From Takakia lepidozioides (lineage: Eukaryota; Plantae; Bryophyta): a DNA stretch of 64,000 nt. Positions 51,211-63,920 of this stretch are shown piece after piece; position 1 is the stretch's first letter; each line of letters begins with the position of its first letter. Made by a program: the position numbers and the translations under genes. The DNA lies in NCBI GenBank assembly GCA_030704615.1, contig CM060731.1, positions 44,330,001 to 44,394,000 on the forward strand, given 5' to 3'. The notes below the pieces were generated by a model, which was not told the origin of the DNA, made no database searches, and worked only from the letters and a program-made list of their open reading frames with translations.

Positions 51211-54200
51211 CTATGGTGAGGATCCGCTATCACTGTCCGATGCATCCCCGCCCTCATGCAAGGATGGCTGCCTTCCACCTGCCTCCGAACCTGCACTGCC
51301 GCTACCGCTGTTACTCTGAGAAGCCCTCCCCTCAAAAATACCATCCTCACCAGCCGGAACTGTCCACCTGGGTGCGGAAGTGTCCTCAACATTCCCCTCG
51401 CTCTCGGACGCGGATTCTATTACGAACTTCCCTACTCTGCCTTTCACAATTCTATGTTTGGCCTCACGCCTCATTATAATTCTCTGCTCATTCCCGTATG
51501 TCAATTGCTCTAACCGAGTAGGCCTATCCTCCCTCCTGATGGCTTCTTTGGCAGCCGTGTCTGCATAGGCTGGTAGAAAAAAGGGCTTCTGGGGACTCGC
51601 GAGAAACGATTTTCTGGCAAAGAATGGCCGATGCGATTCTGTCTCCTCCTCTGCAACAGGGTCCGATTCGAGCAAGTCTCCCAGCTTCTCCTCGTCGGAC
51701 GACTCTGCAAGGCTGAGTGTACGCACAAACATAGAATGAAGTACATTAGAGAATTCAAACAGGGAATCATCGGCAGGTTGCATGGTCCCTACAACCGAAA
51801 CCAATACACTTACTATGGTGCAACTCACTCGAAGACAGGCATTGGGGGAAGCGGCTTCGGGCGCCCCTGCATCGAACGAATTTCCCGGACTTCCTCTTCA
51901 TCTTCCTCCTCTCCTTCCACGTCCTCTTCTGCGTTTTTGGGATCCTCAGTCGGAGGCAGACGCTGAAGGCCCGCCAAATTGTAATCGTACAAGGCGTATC
52001 CCCCTCAAATGAGAACACAAATCGGTTCGACATCCTTCCCGCCCACATACAGGCACCTGCGAATTCATACGACACAACCACAGCCAAACTCAAGAATGAG
52101 TCGCTTCCTCGCACAAGCAAACATACAGAAACGGAAATGGTGTCAATTTCGGTGCCGCATTCAATTAACGTTCTCACCTGTATTTGCAGTGACGTCAAGG
52201 ACCCTGCCTTCAACATCCGTACACGTTTCCATGAGCGTCTGGATGAATGCAGGACTCCTGGTCCTGCCATACCTCCATGGCTTGCCCGACAAATCACAAA
52301 GAATGTCCTTCTCTCCCACATGGTTGAACAGGACGTTATACTCCAGTGGATCAACTGTGGAATCAACAAGTCTTCCTGCTTCACGTAATTTGAATTTTGA
52401 ATGTTCCTTCACGAAGCAAAATGCCTGAAAGATAAGAGTCTGCAGAGAAGGAAATGAAAACGTCAGAGGTGGCCTACTACAGGGGCAATTTCGGCGCAGA
52501 AATTGACATAGCAGAGGAGAACCACAGCATACCTTCTGGCCATCGTTGAGAAGACCCTGCGTGTTGATGCAAGTCCAGATCTTTTTCAGGATGGGTGCTG
52601 CACTTCTCCCCGTCCATACTTTGATATCATTCTCAGTGACTTCTCCATCGGCTGCTAGCACAACAACACAGCCAACGTCGTCCAACATGTTGGCTGCGAA
52701 CCCGAATGTGTGGCTCCAGTATCTTTCGTCGTACTTGTTCCACCAGGGAACTGAGCCCAGCCCCAGTATCTCCTGCCCATCCGGGATATCCACAAGGATC
52801 ATGTCGATGGAGGCTTTCACCGCCCTGCCCCCGACTGTGCTCTTTTTGCCGTGGCTCATCGCCACAAAATACTCCATCATCTTTGTGTAGCCAGGAGTGT
52901 CCTCCATATCATTGCCAGTGGCCTTCCTCTTCCCCTTCCCCTGGTGGGCCTCGATCGCCTTCCTCAATCTCGTTATCTCCAGCCTTTCTGGTCAGAGCAG
53001 TTAGGAAATTTTCATTAACACACTCCACAATTGTGGGTGTTTTGAGGACTTCCCTGCCCGCAATGTGCACCGCACGGTAGGGTCTGCCAGGTGCATCCTC
53101 GTATAGTGATCTCTTCGCAGCCGACCCCCGGAGCGCTGGCCCTTGTGAATTTTCGGACGAGGTGTGGCCCCCTGGGTGTTTTCCTGCTGGAAATCGTCGT
53201 CGAATCCTCCTCATCTGGCTGACTGTGTTGCTGCTTCTTCTTCTTGGGTGTGGGGGTCTTCGTCTCTTGCCCCTGTTTGCGCGTTCTTTTCTTCCTGTCC
53301 TTGGGCTGCTCAGCTGCCTGCTTCTCCATCTGCTCCTTCGCCAACGCTGCCGCCTTGGCTGACTTTCTCAGTGCTTTCTGCTTGGCTGCCTCCTCTGCTT
53401 TCAGTCTTTTCCGCGTCCTCTGGTTGGGGATCCGATTGCGCCTTCATAGCCCTGGCATTCGCTTCCTTCTTCAAGTTAACCTCCGAGAGGTCAACGGTCC
53501 CACTTGGGAGATCCACATACCAGGGGCAGTCTACCAAATGCTCGGCATGCCACTCCTTCGCCATTACTTCTGTGTACATCGTTCCACGACCTCCAGGTGT
53601 CCTCCACGCCAGGAAGAATGGTGGAACCCTTTGAATGGCTCCGGACGGAATGAGTGCAAAGTTTATGTACCTGCAATCACGAGGCAGTTCAAAAAATCAT
53701 TCTACCGATGCATCATGCAAGTGGAAGTTGTCAATGCACAAGGTATTTCGGCACCGAAATACGGAGTGGACCGTGCCCCAATTACCCAGAACTCACATCT
53801 TGCAGAGGTATATTTCGGCGCCGCAATATCCATCGCTGCTTAACCAAATCATCTAAACTGCAAATAGGGGATGCATTGTCAGCAGATTACCTGAACAGGA
53901 CACGCATTGCCGCTTTGTCGGCACCCTCCTGCTCTTCGATGTATACGCTGCGTCTTGCCTTTGCAATTTCTCTGAAAAAGAGGTTTGCGAAGCGCCCTCG
54001 CCACGACTGCACGTAGTTCTCCATTGTCTCAGGCTTCGTCCAGTCGATCTGTAACTTGAAAGTGGTGGTGTTGCAGTCCAATTGCTCCTGGGCGTGGGTC
54101 AGTACCTGCATCATGGCAGGTTTCCAAAACATTCATGATTTTGAAATTGCGACGATGTCCAACACAGAATAGGAGAAAATTATACCTGATGCCACCAAGT

Positions 54201-56082
54201 CATGACATTGAGCCAGTCGTTCATTTTGTCGTCTGTTGGCTCGATGGGAAAGTGTACAGCAGCTTCGTGTTTGTATGGCCGTTCCAGATTCGCAGCCACC
54301 TCGTCTGCAGCCACCTCACATCGGTCAGACAAGAACTCCAACATAAGAATCGCGAGAAGTCACAAAACAAGAATAAACACATGCTTACCTTCTCCGCCGG
54401 CTCAACACAGGACACTGCGATGTGATGAAGTTTCTCCATGGACATTTCCGGTTTCATGGGTCTGGAGTAATGCAGTCCTATCTCCGCCAGGAACTCGGCA
54501 CCAAGACCAGGGTCAGCGATTGCAACTTGCTTAACAAGTTTGGACCTGTACTTGGTCCGGGATTGCTTCCCTGCCTGCACAATATGACTCTCTATCGACG
54601 CGTCCGCCTTGTTGGGGGCATCATTCTCAAAGAACTGCCTTTTGGCATAGGCCAAGTCATCCCTGATGTTCGTCTGCATTCCCATACCCAGCAGATACAG
54701 TCAGGCCACGGATCCCTGCAACAAATAACATTAAATTGATACTGAAATTTGAGATGAACCTCACCGAATAGAGGATCTCCACCATGGCGTCCAGTGTTGG
54801 TCGGTACCAGGTGCGATCTGCTTTCGCTAGGGACTTCCTGTACTACAGCTCGGGATCGAGGGACTTTTGGAAGTCCGTCAGCGGAGCTGTCCCCACTTCT
54901 TGCACTCTGTAGAGCGTATGTGCCAGATGAGTTTCCACGAAGGCCCTCTCTGTTACCCTGCCATGGAGAAAAAAAACAACATAATTTTTTTTGTGAGTGA
55001 GTGCACAGTGGTGATTGCCTATTTCGGCGCCGCAATAGGCAGTACACAAGGATGTAATTGTATACTTACAGATTTATATCCGCCATGGCACCCTTCAACA
55101 GTCCTCTGTCCCTGACGTCCACCTTCACGACAATGCAGTCCACCATGTAATGCCAACTGATATCTTGCGGATGCATTTCAGCAATGTACTCTGTCCAGGC
55201 AAGCATCCTGTGGTTCCCGTCCCAAACGAAGAACATCTTCCCTTCCATGTGTGCGAATGTGGGATTAGTCTTCAGATAGGCTTCAAACTCGGCATTAACA
55301 GTGTGCCAGTGGGGGCCCCAATTCTGAAGCTCCTCTGCAGTGGGGCCCCTTGTGACACCCTGGTCATTCTCAATGGAAACGTAGAATGCTGCCGACCCCC
55401 GTCTGTACCCTTCTCTGAAGTTGTGCTTCAGTCGATCGATATCCCCTGGCAGTGCTTGCCTTACAACTGGAAGGCTTACCATGCGACACAAAGGAACTTT
55501 AAGGTTCTCGGGATACACCATGGAGCCCAAAACGCGGCCTATGTTGCTATGAGTCTCTGCCAGCAACCTGTTTGCTGCTATGTTCATGTCTCGTGCGCTC
55601 ATGAGCATACCCGCCACCAGTTTCTTACTTGTATCACCTCTGTCACTTCCCTCACCCCTCTCACCAGCCTGTGTACTGTCCTGGAGGTTTTGCTCCTCCG
55701 CAAGCTCCAGCAGGTTCTGATCGTCGCCAAGTCGTACCACGTTATCGTCCTCTCCTTCTGTCAGTTGAATGGGCCGCCCTTCTGCAGATCCGACTCCCAC
55801 ATCTCCAGCGGCCTCCACCGCATCTGTGTTTTCTGAAATTGACTGCAAACCCAATATCTCCGCTTCCAGTCTCCCTAGGGGTTTTACTGGCGAAGCCATG
55901 GGCTCCTTCTGCTTTCTCGGCTTCCGAACTCTAGGTGGGCTTTTCGGAGGCGATATCTGAGGTGTTGAATGAGGACTCGTCTGCCTCGATGCACTTCCAC
56001 CTTGTGAGCGCAGCACCCGGGCAGGAGTATCCAAAGTTGACTGTGTTGCCTCGCCCCCCTGCGATCCCTCCCCAGCTCCCAT
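51211..56082 (-). pseudogene. Multi-exon gene: ParB/Srx-like N-terminal domain, helical middle region, basic linker, beta-class N4C/N6A DNA methyltransferase fold, acidic tail
   Basis: FFVWDGNHRMLAW (ParB/Srx Box II-like). SIDMILVDIPDG (motif IV position, DPPY-like) precedes GRVLDVTANTG|ACMWAGRMSNRFVFSFEGD (motifs I-II, joined by a GT-AG intron of about 52058-52177). Other GT-AG introns at about 52442-52531, 53672-53890 and 54960-55069. A few stops and frameshifts. Confidence 0.75.
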
Positions 56083-56579
56083 GTCAAACAAACAGGAAAA
56101 CATGAGACACTGCACGCCAAAAAAAGGTGTAAAAGGAATATTGCGTATGGAGTGCTTCACATCCGCGAAGCACGAATCTCTCACTGGTCGCCGAGGACGA
56201 TCCGAGCGTCTGCATTTCATGCATGAGACGGAGCTTAAGTCGTGTCGTCGGCGGCTTCCCAAAATCCCGCGTCCTCCTCTTTGCCGGAGTCGCCTGACCT
56301 TCCACAAACTCTATGCTACCACTATGCCGCATAAGGAGAGGAAACGCAGGAGAACGTCACTGCAGAAGGGCAAGGAGCGAGAGAGCGAAGCGGTGGAACA
56401 TGCAACCACTATGCACGAGCAGATGCGTAAGCAGCCACGTCTCCCGAAGCGTTGCCACCGTCCAACACTTTTTGCCGTATGGGTGATGAAGAGATTGTGA
56501 CCCCTGACACGTTCGCACGGATGAAGTCGACTGGAACACGACGCGTGCCAGTTCCAGCCACCAGTACTGACGGTTTATC

Positions 56580-58312
56580 CGAATTGCGGCACCGAATACG
56601 TTCCGTTCACCGGATGCGGTTCCCGGAGCAGCCGGCATTGAATGAAATATCCGCACATCATGAAACCCAACGCCATGAAATCCCCTGCCTATGACATTCA
56701 ACAGTCAGTCGGTACGTTTCAACAGCGGACGGATGAATTTCGGCGCCGAAATTCATCCTATTCAAGTGCTTTCATACGCAAACTTACGAATTTCGGCGCC
56801 GCATTCATCGCTTCCGAAGTCCTCATCCGTCATGAGCAAACTGTCAGTGGGATATCGGAGCCGGAATTAATTCCGGGACAGGAAACGGCTGCACTTGGCA
56901 CATTTCATCCATATTTCGGCGCCGAAATTCATTACGAATATCTCCGTCCGCGCGTAGACGAGGTGAAATCATCATTATTTCGGCGCCGAAATTCATCCAG
57001 AGCGAAGACTAAATTGGCACCATGCTACGCTTTGCCGCCATCATTGCCCCTGACGGATGCTGTCCATGCCTGTTGGACTTGCCATTTGTGGACATTTAAC
57101 TATAATTTCGGCGCCGAAATTATACTTTATGTGCGGCAACGTCCCGTGCGAAAAGACCACTTAATGGATACTGTCGGTTTCAAATGAAAAAAAAACGGCT
57201 AAAATGCAATTAATTTTGACAGAAGTGGTTTAATATGCCGATTTCTCCATTAAATGCAGAATATTCCTGTTATATTCGTCGGAAGGGGTATTTCCAACGA
57301 TTTACGGAAAATTATCATCCAAAAGCAAAAAGTAAGTGCCGGGTTTGGACGAATTTCGGCGCCGAAATTCATCCGTCGCATAGAAAATGTAATATTAGAG
57401 TTACTCATTGCGGACAGTAAGGATGAATTTCGGCGCCGAAATTGATCCATTTCAAAGAAAAATAAATATTGGAGGGAGGCATTGGATGAATTTCGGCGCC
57501 GAAATCCGGCGCTCAAACCCTGAAAAGAATTTGGAGGGATGAAGTCGGCTGAATTTCGGCGCCGAAATTCATTGCTCGCGAAGAAAAAAAAAAAAATTCG
57601 GAGGACTTCGGATGAATTTCGCGCCGAAATTCATTGCTCGCGAAGGAAATAAAAAATTTCGGGAGGACTTGGAATGAATTTCGGCGCCGAAATTCAATGC
57701 TCGCGAAGAAAAAAAAAATCGGGGAGATTTGGTTGAATTTCGGCGCGAAATTCATTGCTCGCGAAAAAAAAGGAAAATTAAAAGGGAGTACTTGGATGAG
57801 ATTCGGCGCCAAAGTTCATCTGTCGCAAAGAAAAATAAAAACAGAAAGGACTTCCGATGAATTCTGGCACCGAAATCCATCCGCAGGGGCAGCAGAATTA
57901 GGGTCGGAAAAGGAGATGAAGAATGAATTTCGGCGCCGAAATACATCCATTCTGCCGATTCAGGATTACTGTCATTCGGAAGTCGGCACCGATATCCGGA
58001 CACGTGGTCAATCACGACTGTAATCAGGAACACATTCATCCGTATTTTGGCATCTAAATTCAACCCATATGTGCAGATACAATTTAATGAAGAAGAAGTT
58101 CATCCGAATTTCGGCACCGAAATCCATCCGTTGGGTGCTTGGTCAGTTTAATGAGGTAAACAAATTACGATTTCTGTTGCCAGAATTCATCCCTTGGCTT
58201 CCAAAGCTGTTACATGACAGAGATGTTCATCCAGATTTCGGTGCCGAAATTCATGGGAAGGCCTGATTTATTGTACCCCAAGTGGTTGTACATTACAATT
58301 CAGGCACCAAAT
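56580..58312. repeat. Array of about 23 AATTTCGGCGCCGAAATT palindromes between the divergent genes
   Basis: Perfect 28-bp palindrome GGATGAATTTCGGCGCCGAAATTCATCC at 56731-56758. Core spacings are mostly 61-64 bp. Confidence 0.95.
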
Positions 58313-58502
58313 ATCCGATGTGAACTTGCTGTTTTCGTCCGTTTTTTTAACGTACGTTACACACCTTCATCTTTACGTGCACTGATCACCCATCATGTTG
58401 GATACGGAATCCTCCAGAAAATCATTTGTGTTATTAGGTAGGACACACTCTTCTCATTGCAGGACTTCGCTGCGGAGCGTACCGAGAGGTCCCGTCTTCA
58501 AA

Positions 58503-61500
58503 ATGGACTCCCGTGTTTGGGTCAACGTGTACTTCCATCCTGATTCTCTGAAAGCTAAAATACCCTGCGACCAAGGATTTGCGATTGTCTGAGCAGTACT
58601 TGTGTGTGAAGTTCGGGCTCCGCCCTGGAACGGTGTTTTTGGAAGAGGAGACGAAGGATGCTTATGGAAATTTTCTGGAAAGTGCCGTCATTCTGCATGC
58701 AGATTTCGGAAAAGGCAAAGAGTGGCGGCTCCCAGCTTCTGAATCCATCGGTACAGTGCCATTGGTGAAATCGTGCCTAAAGAGTTCCCACGCTGGAACT
58801 TGGTTGATCCTCCTTCCACAAGAGGGTCTGGCGTGCAAGATGTGAAGGATGTGGGCACCTCTTCACAAGCAGAGAAGCCCAAACATGTGAAAAGGGAAAT
58901 CCAGGAAAACAGGGAAACAGTCGTCCACGACTTATCCAGTGACGATGAAGACTGTATGGTCCTTCCATCGTATGTTTCGAAGTCGTCCGTCACTAGGAGT
59001 GTTCAGCATACACCGTCCGACTCAACTTCCGTCCGCTCAGTAATCGACATATTGCGGAGGATGAAGACAACGGGTTCCCGCTCCAGTGACCTTCTTAGGC
59101 TTGATTACGACAAAACTCCAATCCATTCTGTGGAAAACTTTGCCTGATGTTTTGGATGGGAATGCTATCTACGAGTTCCCTCCAGTGCCGGCAGGCGCAG
59201 GCCCAGACGGCATGCTCGCAGGAATGAACAGGAAACATGACGGCCACCCTTGGTGTGTCACCAAACTTCATCGTCCAACCTGGGTGATGGAGTTCGAGTG
59301 AGATATGTATTGTGTGCTGGGCATCTTAAATGTTTCTCGAGCACATGTTACCATTACACTAGCAAAGGCACAGGAATGAGACTGACTGGATTGGCAATTC
59401 GTCGACCCCATTTTGGCCTCAAGGTAGAGTTCCTGCAGGGACGTTCAAGTGTGCCCATTGCAACGCAGCCCCTACGTGCATGGCAGTGTGCAACGCCAAG
59501 CAGTACTACGTCGGGACCGTCGGCCCAGCGTGCACCAGAGCATGCATTCACATCGGAAAGCATGAGCACCCCCTCGCCAGAGGCAATTGCAGAGTCGCTT
59601 TTCAACAAGCCCAGGATATTATCAAGGAGGAGGTGAGGTTGAGGCCGGGTGCAAAACCAAAGCAGATACAGCTCGCATCGGCACATAGGATTGCAATTGG
59701 CAGAATAATGTCGGAGGACGGAAGCACAAAGAGAGAAGCTGGGCGAGGGGGACATGAAGGACCTGCTGGAAGCTGTCTCCCATGTGTGCAGCCCCAATGT
59801 CAGGAACCACATTGTCAGCTGCAAGAAACGAATCGGAAGAGGATCAGACATGCACTCCATCTTGAAGTGAACGCACATGCGGCTACGACTTCATCCAAGG
59901 CAGCTTCTTTCCTGGTCAAGGCTCGGAGCGGACAGATGCTTCATATTTAAGATGTCAACGTGCGGACCGGGGAGCGGCGTCGATTTGGTGAAGCGGATGA
60001 CCAGTGGAGACCTTTCAAATTGTGGGTCATGTTCGACCACATCGGCGAATTACCAACCACGATTGGGTGACAATGGGGGCACATGTATACGACCCACATT
60101 GCAGAAAGTTGATGACCATTGCTATCTGCGAAATGAAGGGAGAAGACACAGATTCGGAGTTGCATATTGTGGCGGGAATTAATGAGCAAATGGCGAGAGC
60201 CAAGTTGCCCCCTCCCGATTTTAGGGGCTTCATGGCTGACAATGCCCAGGCAAACTGGGCTGCAGTTAGGAGGGTATATGGGGACGACCCAAAGACTCCA
60301 ATGGAAGGAAAAGGAGAGATCTTTGCGGGTTCCACTTCATGCAGAGTTTGACGCAAAACACGAAAAGGTTCGTGGCGTCACGCCACCGGCAGGATCATAT
60401 CAGTATGTGCCTAGCGTGGAAAAATGCGAATTCCATCGACGAGGCGGAGACCGAGTTTGCAACCATACGCGCCTGGTGGGTGTCTTCAGGGGCAGTGGAT
60501 GTGAAAGATCAGCCAGAACTGCAAACGTGGCTTGCGTGGTGGCATTATAGATTCCGCCAGTTTGGAGACTACATGAGACAGGTAACACATTTCTGTACTT
60601 GACAATTGTTCTGTTTTGTGCTTGGACATTCTCCACAATCAGTGACATATCTAATTTCCTTCAACAGGACATGAGCTTGGAGGATGACACGGATATGCCG
60701 ACGACGAACATGGCCGAATCGGTGCACTCTTCCTGGCGTGCTTCCTCTGCAGCACATCTCGTTGACATGTTGACAGCAACAACAGAAGATATTGTGAGGG
60801 CCATCATGCAACAATCTCATTACTACCAGTTTCTGGGAGGAAAGCAATGGGGTATCGGACCAGACAGGCAGGAGATGCTGATGAGGGCGGCGCATCGTTC
60901 GACCGATCCCAAAAAATGGACTGCTGCATTGCGGGAAACAATAAGGTCAACGCCGTTACACAGTCGGGGGAACTGCCTGGAGGGCGATGTCCGCAGCCGG
61001 CCGGTGAAGAGAAGAATTGAGGACATGCCCGGAGGGGATGGGGATTCATGGAGATCAGATATGAACATCCGCACTCAACCTCGGGGCGCAACGATGTTGC
61101 GTCCCACGCCTCCACGAAGCAGGACTCGTACCCCCTCTCCTGCAGCATCCATGGAATCGCTGCCAGACTCGGGACAACATGCCGAGGATGGGCATGGTGC
61201 TCCTGTTTTTGTTACCCAATACAACATTCCAATCGTGGAGCGAGATGGTCGGCCTCGCCAGTGGAGAATTGCACGACCCTTCCGACATTTCGTGGACAAA
61301 TGTTGTGCCCTGTTCGTGTCGACACCAACCAGAGATGCAATGATTGATTCGGAGGAGCCCGCAGTGCGGTGTGCCTGGCCCCTTGCTTACAGGGAATTTG
61401 TGTGCGCAAAGTTTTTGTGAGGCCACACTGAAGGAAGTTTTGGTTCTGCAGGCACACATCATGTCGTGTGTGTCGGCAAGTCAAGTATGGTGTACAAGGC

Positions 61501-62110
61501 ATGCCTGAACCACCGGCAGTCTGGCCTGTGGCAAGTGGTACAGATCTTACCCTGGAGGGGAGGCAGAACGCTCTAGAAGTGCAGGGTTTCGACTGGTGAG
61601 AGGACAGACGTTCACGAAACCAATTAGACAAGTCGTCATCCTCCTCCCACGAGAAGCTCTTCGCCCCGACATACCGGTGGGGGTTGACCCAGCAGCTTGG
61701 CCCACCCTCGGGGGGGGGAAACTGAAAAGACGGCGGCCACCAACAAAGGCGAACGACACCAGGATGGCCAACGCTCTTGCAATGGCCCTGCATAGTGCAA
61801 GGTTGCAGGGATGTTCCTCACCCCGGGATGGGGCGCATATTTCAGTTGTCAACAGCCAGTCTGCTGCGCGCAGTGTCGTGTATGCAATCACGGTTTCACA
61901 GTACCCAGCTTGCAACTGTGAGGACTTCCTTGTTATGGAATCGAAGAATGCAGCATACGTCCCCTGCAAACACCTTTATACATTTTTATGAAGCGCATGA
62001 GTTGCATATCCGCAGTGGACTTCTTCATCCATGCTCCAACACTGAGTTTCAACGAGCTGCACAAGGCCCTACGGCAGGATACTGGTCGGACTGCTTGACA
62101 TTCCACATTC
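58503..62110 (+). pseudogene. Mutator-like (MULE) transposase with GCM-like zinc domain, DDE core and C-terminal SWIM; frameshifted
   Basis: KHDGHPW..CAGHLKC..C..C..CNAK..CIHIGKHEHP (GCM-like). WVMFDH (D1, about 60034), FMADNAQAN (D2, about 60238), FHF, TTNMAESVHSSW (E, about 60716). SWIM CNCEDF..PCKHLY. Intron at about 60582-60667. Confidence 0.82.
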
Positions 62111-62780
62111 GGGAAGGAGAAAGTGGCAATTATATTACATTCATCTTCTTGCACCCTATTTTTTTGTGAGGAATTATACACTTGGTGGTGCCGCATCGCC
62201 ATGGCTACATGTGAATTTCGGTGCCGCAATACATGAGAATGTGGTTTTTGGCCATGAATGGCATGCGCATGCTTTTTTATTTTGGTTGTCTACAAATGGA
62301 TCCGAGTAAAGCATACATTGTGTGGAGATTAACGGGCATTGGGCCTATTTCAGCGTCATTTATGGTCTGTGTACTGCATAGTGCTTCCTTGTTACTGCTC
62401 TTCCTTCAATTTGTAGTGATTTCGCAGCCCATCCTGGCGTTTTCGTCCACCTTTATGAGAAGACTCCAATTTGCTACAAATACATTGTTACTGTTCTGCA
62501 AATGTGATGCCTTTACAAGATTGCTAGTTCTGTGTCCCAGTGGGAAGGGTCCTACTGCACATTCCAGCATTTGCATACTGCACCTTGTGCAAACAGCAAT
62601 CCATACGACAAAGGACACGTCCCAGCATACTGGCAGTGAATTGCAAAAAAACCTTAACAGAAGATTATCGAAGCATGTATATTCCCCATATGGTACAGGG
62701 AAGCTGCTTGATTTCTGAATGAAAATGTATGTGCCATGAGTGTCAGCGAGTTGAAACATGTCTACTCTAGCATGCAAGAC

Positions 62781-63331
62781 CTATGGTCCCCTCGCCCAAG
62801 AAGAAGGAACTCGAACTGGCCTCTCAAGGACCTCCTCAGTGACCGGGTGCCTATATTTGAACAAAATGTCAGTGGTTTCTGTCGCCCGGTTGAAACTAAC
62901 GAGGATGTCGTGTTTATCGATAGCGCCCCCTTCGTAGAAGGACATTTTCACAGTGGGCCCTGTGTTCCCCTCCTCCTCATCCTCATAACTGAAGAGAATG
63001 TCCCCACTTTCCGAGCCAGTCCGTCCACGCGTAAAGTTTTCACCTATGCACTCATCATACGTCCACTCGCAACAATTCCAGCGATACAGCAACGCTGTGC
63101 GTGATCTGTTCGGCTCCACACATGCGGAAAGTCCAGGTCCATGATGCGTAGGAACCACCTGCTCCCCAGCCGGGGTCCAGGAGAATCGTGCAATCCTGCA
63201 AGAAACTCCATTGCTCTCAGCTGGACAAGTCGAGGATCGTCCCTGTAAACATCCAGGAAGACAATGATGTCGTCTGCTTTCGGGAAAATAACTCCCGTCT
63301 GGCGTCGATAGATGTGATTCGGGCACGACAT
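62781..63331 (-). pseudogene. ORF-X homologue (one frameshift near 63105)
   Basis: ORFs 63044..63379 and 62781..63326 together align end to end with 36154..36720. Confidence 0.75.
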
Positions 63332-63451
63332 GGCCTCACGACACAGCACGAACTCAAAGCAGGGAGGAGATGGGCACAACAGAGAAGAGTGAAGAGCAAA
63401 ATGAGAGCAAGGCCTCCCTCACCGTAAGGCGGGTATTTGCTCTCCGACGCC

Positions 63452-63920
63452 CAATTTCGGCGCCGTTATTACATGGAGTGCGGAAGCTTCAGCCGAGAAT
63501 TTTGTTTCCGCAGGTCAATTTCGGCGCCGTTATTGGTTGCAATCCCCAGCCTTCAGCCGGGTATTTGGTTTCCGGACCCAATTTCGGCGCCATTATCGGC
63601 TGCACTCCGGTGGCTTCAACCGAGTATTTGGTTTCCGGGGCCCATTTCGGCGCCGTTATCGCCTGCACTCCGGAGGATGCAGCCGGGTATTGGTTGGCAG
63701 AGCCCAATTACTTTCACCGTTGTTGGCTTCACTCCCGAGCCTTCAGCCCGCTATTTCTTTTCCTGTGCCCAATTACGGCGTCGTTATACCCAACCATCCT
63801 GCACTTCTGCAATAGTACTATCCACGGTTATAGGTCGCCATTGCGTTTTCGGAGTCTGCAAACCCGGATCCTAATTCCGCTTGCGTCTCTGCCTCTGGGA
63901 TAATTTCGGTGCCGTTATTG
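63452..63920. repeat. 63-bp subterminal tandem repeat containing AATTTCGGCGCCGTTATT
   Basis: Cores at 63459, 63523, 63586, 63649, 63777, 63908. Confidence 0.9.

Noticed and set aside
56642-58063. ORFs with repeated FRRRN/NFGAEI peptides
   Set aside because: Translations of the DNA palindrome in various frames.
56580-58312. CRISPR array (palindromic repeat with variable spacers, period about 63 bp)
   Set aside because: No cas genes, eukaryotic context with introns, degenerate repeats that are also scattered in introns and termini, and several spacers are related to each other. Better explained as protein-binding sites.
32418-63920. E2F binding sites as the explanation for the palindromes
   Set aside because: Only the TTTGGCGC variants fit TTTSSCGC; the dominant TTTCGGCGCCGAAA does not. 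Not fully excluded.
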